60,000 nt of DNA. It comes from Lytechinus pictus. Lineage: Eukaryota. The stretch covers positions 15,378,001 to 15,438,000 of the forward strand of contig NC_087245.1 in the NCBI RefSeq assembly GCF_037042905.1. The letters run 5' to 3'. The translations under genes were made by a program, and so were the position numbers. A model generated the notes under the pieces. The model was not told where the DNA came from, did no database searches, and was given only the letters and a program-made list of their open reading frames with translations. Positions within the stretch are counted from its first letter, which is position 1; each line of letters starts with the position of its first letter. Below are positions 50,901 through 60,000 of this stretch, piece by piece.

Positions 50901-53900
50901 TTCTTTTCATATATCAATCAGACTTTTCGCATTTACTACGGGGAAACTCTCGACAACTCTCGAACTTTTCGCATATACTACGGTGAAACTCTCTACAACC
51001 CTCGAACTTTTCGCATTTACTACGGAGAAACTCTCCACAAGCACCAATTCCTTTGATAATGCAAGTCAAATCACAATGATGAGCTGAGAGGCTTTTGTCG
51101 AAAGCTGATGGACTGGGACAGCATCGGAATCTCTTGACTCTGGACAGCGACATATTTGCAATAGTTCGTCCGGTGCAAATCTTCGGATGATCTGCTGTCT
51201 CAGTCCACCAACTTTCGACAATAGCCTCTCAACTCTCCAATGTGATTTTATTTGCTGCATTTTCAAAGGAATCGACGTGCTGTAGAGTTTCCCCGTAGTT
51301 AATGCCAAAACTACCTACTACATGTATTATGTTATTTATTTTGATGCACTCTCTGGAAAAGAAGAGAGAAGAGGGGGGGGGGAGGTTTTGTGCGAGGGAG
51401 GGGTCTTGTGATCTTTACGATCGTCACTCATGTACTTTGTTAATGTCCGCTGGTCACTTGTGACTAGTCCAGCCCCTAAACCACCCAAGCTTGCTCTATT
51501 CAACCTCTTACTGCATGAATAAATCATAAAAAAGATATATAATTATTTTGAGGAGAAATGAATGACAGGTCATCAAATTATTGATATTATAAAATACTAA
51601 CCTTTGCTCCAACTCCTTCCTCGTATGCTCTGGAACGATGTTCTCTGCAGCCTGTTCTAAGCAGACACCTTCAATAAACGACACATTGAATCGTTTCATT
51701 TCAGCCCTGAAATTCAAACAAAAAACATAAAGGTTCTAAAATATTTTGCTGACAGCGTGCCCACTTATTTTGCATCGAGTTCCTTTCTTAACACGAATGA
51801 TTTTGTTTATTAACATATCATAGCTTGGGGGAATTTTCATTACATTCGTTGCTTCATAGCCCATGTACATGTAGCTCAATACCGCGCTTTGTCGTGGAGA
51901 ATACAATTGAAATCTATTTTTCTTGAAGTCAGGTATACAGGATTAAGGAGGTGACATTTCTTATGTGTCATCCTCAATCATGCATGAAATCCTCACGATT
52001 CTGAAATTTACATTCTCAGTTTGACACAATATTGTTCCACGACATGTTTTCCTCCCCACTCTTGTGATGTTTCTCAATTTTATTATTCGATTCATATTTT
52101 TATTTTCATTTCCTCATTCTCCTCTTCTTTCATATTTTCTTTCTTTCCTCCTCCCCCTCCTCTTTCTTGATCCTCCCCCTCCTCCTTCTTGTTCTTGTTA
52201 TTGTTCTTCTCCTTCTTCTTCTTCTTCTTCTCCTCCTCCGCCTTCTCCTTCTCATCCTCCACCTCCTATTCCATTTCCTTCAATTTTCAATCTTCCCCTT
52301 TTTGTCTTCCTCTTTTCTCTCCTTTTTTACAATTTTTCTATGACAGCCATATATTCAATATATTCTTAAAGGACAAGTCCACACCAAAAAAATTAAAAAA
52401 TTTAAAGTTAAATTTAAAATTAAAAAGAGAAAAATCCAACAAGCATAACACTGAAAATTTCATCAAAATCGGATGTAAAATAAGAAAGTTATGACACTTC
52501 AAAGGAGAATGAAACTCTTGGAGCAAGTTAGCTTTTGTGAAAGCAGAAAAATCAAAGAATAAGATCAACAAAAGTTTGAGTAAAATAGGACTAGCAATAG
52601 AAGAGTTATGAGCATTTGAATGTCGAGATCACTAATGCTATGGAGATCCTCACATTGGCAATGCGACCAAGATCCATGATGTCACAGATGAACAACTCTC
52701 CCCTTTTGGACACTGAAAATATACCCCAAAACATCTCTTTTTGCTCATTCTAATCATATGAAAAACGATTCATCAATGATATAATGTTGTGAAACCTCTG
52801 TACTTGTCCTCTCATAAAGAGAACATCTCACCTTGTGATAGACTCTATAAAAGTGAGAATATAAGTGAAATAAGTACTAAAGTAATAAGGGAGTTGTACG
52901 TGTGTGACATCACGGATCTTGGTCGCATTGCCAATGGGAGGATCTACATGGCATTAGTGATCTCGACATTCAAATGCTCATAACTTTCTTATTATTCATT
53001 CAATCTTCCTCAAACTTTCAACAATTTGTTTCTTTGATTTTTCTCTTTGATATGGATTCAGCTGGTTTCAAGGGTTTCATTCTCCTTTAAAGTTTCGCTT
53101 AATTTCACAAAACAGTTATATGCACATCCTGGTTGGTATGCAAATAAGGAAACTGATGACGCCATCCACTCACTATTTCTTTTGTATTTTATTATATGAA
53201 ATATTCTAATTTTTTCCTCATTGTCAAGTGAAAGAGTGATTAATTCCTCCCTGAACATCTGATATTAGCATTGCTTAATACTATATGATTCAGTCAAGTT
53301 GGTCCCTATGGTCATATCTGAAAAAAATGAAATATTTTATAATTCAAACAATAAAAAACAAAAGAAATAGTGAGTGATGGACATCATCGACTGACACATT
53401 TGCATGTCACTGAGTTGTGCATATCACTGTTTTGTGAAAAATAAGCGAAACTTTAAAATGCCATAACTTTCTTATTTTACATCCGATTTTGATGAAATTT
53501 TCAGTGTTATGCTAGTTTGATTTTTCTCTATTTATTCAAATCAACATTTTGCTGGGGTGGACTTGACCTTTAATATTATATTCAATCACATTTTCTTCCT
53601 TACTTGTGTTCTGTGAGCCAGCTCAGTAGTTGAATGATCTCATTGTGTCGAAGTCCTGGTGATACAATATCTTGAATCTGAAATTTCAAATTTCCAAAAA
53701 CACGAAAGCAAATCATTTAAATGATTTCGGGTAATTGAATTTCCTTCTTTGCTTCTTTCTTTCTATTAAATCATATTTAAGCCAAATCGTCTGTTTAAGT
53801 CTCTAATTTTTCGTATCTGTTTATTTATACATTAATAAATGTTCTGGAAGGTGGTAAAAAAATAAAAAAATCAATTTCCTGGTTTTCCCCAGACTAAGAT

Positions 53901-56900
53901 ATTCTATTGAAAGCATAAAGTAATGTAAGGGACATTCCACAAAAATGTGTCATGCGCAACTGAATAGAATAGAACTGGTATTAAAGTCAATATCACAATG
54001 CGAATTCATAATAGATCATTCATGAGAATCACAAATAATTTCTGCTTCAATCGCTTCGCTCATAAACAGAGTTCTTCTTTGTCGTAGCTAATGATTACAG
54101 GGCAAACCACCTCAAGTCCTAAACTACTCATATCTGGCCAGGTTTATTTCCCATAATGCAACATTCTGAACAAGTATAGTCTAGTGATATAGACCCGCTT
54201 GTATGGCAAAAACATTAACTCATTGCTCCATACTTCCATGTACCTTATAAAAAATTAGACTATGTAATAAAATAAAATTACAGGCTATATTTTATAACAC
54301 ATAGTCAGTGAGAGACTACATGTTGATTACTCCCCCTTTAAGAAATTATACCTAACGGTTGGGGGTTGACCTTCCGTGCCCCCCCCCCCCCCCTCTAACA
54401 GCACCACCACCGCATGATCATGGATTCCGAGTACAAATATTGATCACATCGACTATATCCTCTACTAGCTTGTTTTAAAGACTGCAAGATTTTGATTATC
54501 TTCAGTTTTGAACCATGGATCTGGCTCATACTCACGTGTTGTGTAAGGTACTCGTAGTAGATGTCGACGAAAAACTGTGCAACGTCACTGTCCAGCGAAT
54601 GGCAAGCCGAAAAGAGACCCTATAAAACAATGATATATATCAATGATTGTTTTTAAAGCTTGTATAATTAATAATAATAAGAAGAAGAAGAAGAAGAAGA
54701 AGGGGAGGAGGAGGAGGAGGAGAGTAGGAAAAAAAGGTAAAAGGAATTAAATGCTTTATTAAAAGTATGAAAGCAATTATACCTTGAGAATATTGAGATC
54801 CTCTCGCAAGTGTTGACTAAGGAGTTCCATGTGTAAGGCTAGCCAGTTTCTATCAACTATTCTGTCTTGCTTCGGTGTATTCTCCACTCTGAAAATATAA
54901 TGTAAAGATGGTGCTATTATGTACTCGCCAAAATAATAGTCAATGACATTCATCTTCACCAGATTTCAACATTTTATTATACGTAAATAAATATCTTACT
55001 GTAGAAACGAACAAACAGTTTCCAAATATTGGGGGCATAATCATCGACGACGTCGCACACCTATTTCCTTCAGGAAAAAAAAAACACCAACGCCAACGAT
55101 CGACTTTCTTATTCGATTCACTGCCGTATAGGCTTTCAACCATTGTAAGACTTCCACACCTCCTTATCCTCATCTTTCCCTACCATCGCCAACATCCACC
55201 ACCACATCATCATCATCATCATCATCATCGTCACCACCACGACCACTAATATCACCATCATTACCACCATAATTAACACTCAAGCTCTTTGTACCCCCCC
55301 AAAAAAAAAACACACACACACATATATACGGCCTAACTTCTATTAGACACGTTAGACACTTTTTTTGCCATCATTTCGCACTTCTTACCTCAGGAATGGA
55401 ACCTTTCTGAGTTCTGTCAAAATCTTATCTTTCCATTTCTTAGGTCTGTCTGGTGTGATGAATCCTTTCTCTTCCTTGCACTGTGCCGCTTCTTCATCTC
55501 TCCTGATAAACCAACAAACATAAGCGACATGTTATTTTGTATCATTAATACAATTTCGAGATGTGACAAGAGTCATGAACGAGCAGAACACTGACATTTT
55601 TATACACAATTTATCTGTCTTAGAATTTGCATGTAAATTTTCCAATAGCTTAGAAATCCATTAAAGTTTGTTGTTTGAAAAAAAAAAAGTTAAATGAGTT
55701 TTAAAATACCTTAATGTTTTGTTTTAGGTTTTTTTCGGGGAAGGGGAAAGGGGGGCCCCATATCATGGCGTGGCGGTATTAATTCTCCCTATCTATTTCA
55801 AACCGCATGGATGTACGCGTGAGGGGACCCCCCCCCCCATTTTAACGTGCGATTTTCTTGCAACTTACAGAACTAGATAATTTAATAAAAACGTGCAGTC
55901 GGTCTCTCAATTTCATGTTGAAGATGGGACAAAACTCGTCATGATCAGCTGCAATAAGTCACTTCGCTCACTCAAATGAGCTACCTCATTTTTTTTTGCC
56001 TCGGGAGGAGGAATATTCGAAACTTATACTTTGTAATCTGAAAACTATTCTGTTCTACTTCAATGCTATATTCAATTGTAGGAGCACGATGTAAATCAAG
56101 AAGTATCGTTGCATTGCAGTTTATAAAACACAGGGACTTTGACTCTCTAACGAGTCCCTTATGTCATGTATGTTTGGCTAACTTATTACAGTCGGAGGAT
56201 CCTAGTTTGCTGTGTCATTGTGTAATCCAAATTTAGCACGTCCTCAGCCCTCGCCATTTGGGGCAACTTTTTATCACAAAACACAGCAGTTCCATTGCCA
56301 TAGATATGTTACTGACGGAGGAAAAAAACCCTAGAATATCAGAGGCATTGTTGATCGTTTTGGCACAGGAAATGTTTTCTATCCTGTCTGTATCAAGTGA
56401 CTGGGTGTTAAAGAACATTGAAGTATTATGTATAATCAATGAAATTATTACTCGATAAGTTAACCAACTACCAACAAACAGGGAATGCGGGTTCGTAAAA
56501 ATTTGTTCGAGGAGAGTAACTGATTCGCATAGTTTGACACCAATAGATGTACATTTTCAATTCGAGGTGATGAATATAAATCAGAACAATCTTACTATTT
56601 AATTTGGATTTATCTTCATACTTTACAAAATCAATAATAAAATACCAACACAATACAAAACAATACATTTGATTATAATACAAAATACTTCAGTGTGGCA
56701 AAATAATTAAGTATAGCAAACAATGACAGTAGATTATAACAATGACATTAAATGAGTTTGAAATATAAAGGAAGCTGCATAAATATATAATCTTGTATGA
56801 AATGTTGCTATTATTGCCCCTTTAAATTAAAAAACATTAAAACAAAAACACACAACAATCACAAAGAGGAAAAGTTTTTCCTGTTTATTAAAAAAAATTG

Positions 56901-59543
56901 AACATCTCCGTTTTTTAATCTTAATCACTCACGTTAGGATCCCATGGGGAAATAAGCATTTTTGGCTTTCATTTGTTATCCTGTCAAGGTATTCTTCCCA
57001 TGTAATATTCTCAACGAATTAATTCAATCAAGCAATCAATCAATTCAATCAATCAATAAATCAACAACAACAAAAATGATAGAGCATATTTGTAGAAAAA
57101 TACTGTCCCCTGATAGTTGACGGAGAGAGATGTACATTTCTGCAATTACTACCTCTAATTAATATGATCAATCTAGTGTGCCAGATCGGATTAAGAACCC
57201 TTTTCGAAAGTAGCAACGAAAATTGCTTCACAAATCCCGAGTGGAATCAGCGAACAGGTGCTGAAAGCGAGACAATGGATGACCATAGCTATATGCAGTG
57301 ATTGATTTAAATAAGAATTTCCTCAGGATATCAAAAAGTGTATTGGATGTTTTTAATTAGGAGGGGGTCTGCTTATTATGAATTACGGAGACAAGAATAG
57401 ACATATACTAAAATTGTATTGTTCTGATACATAGCTAGTGCATACAGTTTGAACAAGCTTATGTTTTAAATAATAACTCTCATGGATTTCACTTTGCTAT
57501 ATTTTTGCATTAATTGTAATTATACGTTGCAATAAAAGTGTTATATCTTGATAATTACAATGCTCATATCTAATACTGAAGAACAATTCCGTTAAATAAG
57601 ATAACAGACTTGACGATATCCTATCGTGAACATTCGGGCGTACTACTATACGTTTTACCTAATAAGTATTGTATCATGTGATTTTCACGAAAGTGAAAAG
57701 GTGAATGTGGTTTGGAAATTAACTTACTCGGAAACCTTGAATTTGAAATTGTTTCAGCAGATTAATTCTTGAAACAGATTTATCGATTTATCGCTATACA
57801 AACTGCGAGAGATATAATGGAAATCTTTATGACCTTTCACCTACAACCCCTGACACGCACAATGCGCAGTGGGAGATGCCCAGTAATTTTCAGCGGGATA
57901 TTTATTTATACCAAGGACCTATCTGATTCATATTATTCGATTTATTGAAAACAAAGTAAATAGGTGGATCCAGGTGGGGCCGAATGTAAAAACTATATAA
58001 AAATGAAGTGTGCGCTTCGCGCTCGAATATTTCATTTTATATAGAGACACAAGTCAAGTTCATGAATTCCAAGAGTTCTCTTTTCAGGTCAGTTTTGCAT
58101 TGTCTTGTGTAGGGAGATGAATTCAAGCGATGCTTCAAATGTCCGGTGTTTAGGTCAGTAAAAAAAAATAGAAAGAAAAAAAGTCATCTCGGGTATTGCT
58201 CTCGCATTAGGCCTAAGAGATACCTAAATCTTATTTGTAGAATTAAAGCAAAAAGTATTCAAACTCAATCCTTTCGGACTATCCAAACCCCCACCCCCTC
58301 AGCTTTTCGCTCCCAGGCCGTTCAACAAATGTTGATAAAAAAATTGCTTCCCCTCCCATTTGACAATGATGACCCAAATTTCTTACTTAATTGCGGTTTA
58401 GGGATTCCTGATAAAGTTTGCACGTATGCCCTACCATCAAATTATTTTAAAGAAACTGCTTGAAGGTTTGGTTATTGTTCCCACCCCCCCCCCCAAAAAA
58501 AAAAAAAAATAATAATATAAATAATAAATAAATAAAAAAATAACGAAAAAACACAACCAACTTGAAAGCACTACAACATTACCGACAACATGGCAGCACC
58601 ATTTGCGGTGGTAAAGAGCTAAACTGATTAGTTTTCCAGAATTCGAGAGTGTCTTCAACTCCTCTGGGAAAAATTGAGAAAACATTTCTTGGTAAAAAGA
58701 AATCTAAATGACGTCAGAATCGTACGAGGTATAAGCTTCAATGACTTGTGCGATATTAACATTATGAGGAAACTTATTTAAACCATGAATTTATATGAAC
58801 ATAATGTGGATTACTCACAAGCCTTCCAAAAAATAAGCACATGTCTACACCCACCACATTTCCTCACACTCACGTCAAAATGCAGCAAACGATTTTATTT
58901 GGCTCTTTCTGTATTGTTTGACATAACATATAATTATGAATCAATACACATATATACGGCATTTTATGGGTACATTAAAAACGGATATTTCCAAAGTCTG
59001 GATCGGGGGCTGGAGCAGAACATTCCCTGAGAAAGTTTTCTAACATCTAGGCAATAACAGGTTTAGCTCACCTTTCTTCTTCCTGTACAATCTGAAAACA
59101 AGCCTCCACAAGACCTGGATCACCTTGGGATAGGAGCAGGAACTTCCTGATCAGGACTCGGATCTGGTCCAACAACGCGTCCTGTGTTAGACAAAGTACA
59201 AATGGGATGTGAGAAAAGGTATGCGACTTTTCCGTAAAGCCGATCACAAGAAAATGAAAGTGCATCATGATGTCGACAAAGGGCGTTACGACCAACCCCC
59301 CCCCTCTCATCTTCCTCTCTGTCTCTCGAATTCATGTTATTCAGGATGTCCGTTTAGATTATCAAAAACAACATGATCAAGGTCTTGTACTAAGTTCATT
59401 TTAAGAGCAACATACAGCCCAATAACAACATTCTGAAAAAGTTTTTTTTTTCAAAATAGAAAATTATTAGTGGCAAACCTGAAAAATCATATACTTACTG
59501 CTCTTCTTTTTACTCCATTGAACGATGTGGTATTGGAAGCAAG
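41842..59543 (-). CDS. Divergent Sec6/exocyst complex component 3 family protein (EXOC3-like / TNFAIP2-like); 18 exons, about 620 aa, 5'-incomplete
   Basis: Exons (5'->3') 59499-59543, 59072-59181, 55389-55502, 54783-54888, 54536-54619, 53604-53677, 51602-51706, 49190-49256, 48632-48727, 48053-48146, 46625-46812, 45854-46011, 45354-45425, 44769-44918, 44031-44145, 43596-43682, 42747-42839, 41842-41946. All AG/GT, phases consistent, 1863 nt open. Sec6 motifs DPGLV..IVQEEER, PDRPKKWK, NEIIQLLSW, DKDGYLYTEFP, YVQFSVAALNN, AEVIHLSD..LEV, KHPEL..ILRLRGD. Confidence 0.9.
42747..42839 (-). CDS. EXOC3-like exon (SLVMKHPELTRRQLKAILRLRGDL..)
   Basis: ttacag|...|gtaagc; Sec6 C-terminal motif. Confidence 0.92.
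43596..43682 (-). CDS. EXOC3-like exon (..MAEVIHLSDKQTIVLEVT)
   Basis: ttaaag|...|gtgaga. Confidence 0.9.
44031..44145 (-). CDS. EXOC3-like exon (ITCKNSKERQNVAEQIMWECDQI)
   Basis: ttgtag|...|gtacgt. Confidence 0.88.
44769..44918 (-). CDS. EXOC3-like exon (FVQNGTSCIGEVCDTI..QEYTKSF)
   Basis: aaatag|...|gtgaga. Confidence 0.87.
45354..45425 (-). CDS. EXOC3-like exon (FMNDLFAEIKPLLKLVGTKQW)
   Basis: ctaaag|...|gtaagt. Confidence 0.88.
45854..46011 (-). CDS. EXOC3-like exon (VAALNNFDT..RRLAKE)
   Basis: atacag|...|gtaatt. Confidence 0.88.
46625..46812 (-). CDS. EXOC3-like exon with Pro/Ser/Lys-rich insertion (..PKFYVQFS)
   Basis: ctgtag|...|gtacaa, phase 1/0. Confidence 0.8.
48053..48146 (-). 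CDS. EXOC3-like exon (LDVAREIS..YCLDEV..)
   Basis: ttctag|...|gtacgt. Confidence 0.88.
48632..48727 (-). CDS. EXOC3-like exon (DWKSED..DKDGYLYTEFPVHLFDLLRQN)
   Basis: ctccag|...|gtaagt; Sec6 DGY motif. Confidence 0.92.
49190..49256 (-). CDS. EXOC3-like exon (YLKTVHSNVKHWAKDALQKERE)
   Basis: tttcag|...|gtaagt. Confidence 0.9.
50921..51306. repeat. 42-bp tandem repeat (about three units) fused to a ~290-bp hairpin; probable TE remnant
   Basis: ACTTTTCGCAT.TACTACGG.GAAACTCTC units at 50921, 50963 and 51005. Arms about 51013-51130 and 51185-51306 are inverted. Confidence 0.75.
51602..51706 (-). CDS. EXOC3-like exon (AEMKRFNV..HTRKELEQ)
   Basis: tttcag|...|gttagt, phase 2/2. Confidence 0.85.
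52370..53569. mobile_element. Kolobok-like TTAA element (same family as 36494) carrying a nested insertion
   Basis: TTAA|AGGACAAGTCCAC...GTGGACTTGACCT|TTAA. Confidence 0.8.
52503..53086. mobile_element. Nested TTAA-targeting foldback element
   Basis: TCAA|AGGAGAATGAAAC...GTTTCATTCTCCT|TTAA with long internal inverted arms. The empty site GACACTTTAAAGTTT is seen in the 36494 copy. Confidence 0.8.
53604..53677 (-). CDS. EXOC3-like exon (IQDIVSPGLRHNEIIQLLSWL)
   Basis: tttcag|...|gtaagg. Confidence 0.9.
54536..54619 (-). CDS. EXOC3-like exon (GLFSACHSLDSDVAQFFVDIYYEYLTQH)
   Basis: ttatag|...|gtgagt. Confidence 0.88.
54783..54888 (-). CDS. EXOC3-like exon (..DRNWLALHMELLSQHLREDLNILK)
   Basis: tttcag|...|gtataa. 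Confidence 0.9.
55389..55502 (-). CDS. EXOC3-like exon (GFITPDRPKKWKDKI)
   Basis: tatcag|...|gtaaga; Sec6 RPKxWK motif. Confidence 0.93.
59072..59181 (-). CDS. EXOC3-like exon (DALLDQIR..DPGLVEACFQIVQEEER)
   Basis: acacag|...|gtgagc. Confidence 0.9.
59499..59543 (-). CDS. EXOC3-like exon (LASNTTSFNGVKRRA)
   Basis: ttgcag|...|gtaagt, phase 0/0. Confidence 0.7.
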
Positions 59544-60000
59544 CTGCAATTTAATTATAATAAAATAAAAACATAGATAATCAGCAGTTTTTCTAAACAT
59601 AGTTTACATACTCATACGAAAATTATCATAGTTAGCTACATCAGCATTATTTATAGAGAATATTATAACATTACATACTTCATTTCATTTGTGCCAATTG
59701 AATGTTTTGCTTTTATATACTACTAACAACAAATAAAGTGAAGAGAGAATAAACACCGCGAGCTGGAGTGACGTACCACTCAACAAAAATAATTTTAATA
59801 ACAACTGAAGAAAAAAAATCGTATTGCCCTTTATCTCCCCGCCCTACCAAAGGAAATTGGAACAAAACATGTTTTATATTATTAGGTATGAGGGTTTCGT
59901 CTTAATGTGAATAATAACTGGGACTCTTTTACGAATCAGAACGGGAACTGTCCCGACACCGCGTTCTGCGAACAATGACAGAAAGATAAAAATAGTAAAA

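Noticed and set aside
50921..51040. CRISPR-like repeat array
   Set aside because: The units are contiguous 42-mers without unique spacers, in a eukaryotic intron, with no cas genes.

Overview
Eukaryotic, AT-rich, intron- and repeat-rich animal DNA. It is most consistent with a sea urchin or other echinoderm; this is inferred from gene and repeat style, not proven. Two multi-exon genes can be reconstructed with consistent GT-AG sites and phases, and they converge. The first is an FBXO9 ortholog on + (12 coding exons at 18637-35467; start exon unresolved). The second is a divergent Sec6/EXOC3-family (EXOC3L/TNFAIP2-like) gene on - (18 exons at 41842-59543, about 620 aa, 5' end beyond the window). 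A TATA+Inr promoter and first exon of a probable third gene on - lie at 3243-3492. The rest is dominated by mobile DNA: L2 and Rex1/Babar LINE fragments, tRNA-derived SINEs, and nested hAT-, piggyBac-, Kolobok-, CMC- and Helentron-type non-autonomous elements. The most novel-looking item is a short SINE-like element at about 13721-13910 with a 7SL/Alu-like head joined to a Deu/Nin-domain-like segment. No prokaryotic systems, CRISPR arrays or rRNA genes are seen. All homology calls are from recalled sequences, not database searches.
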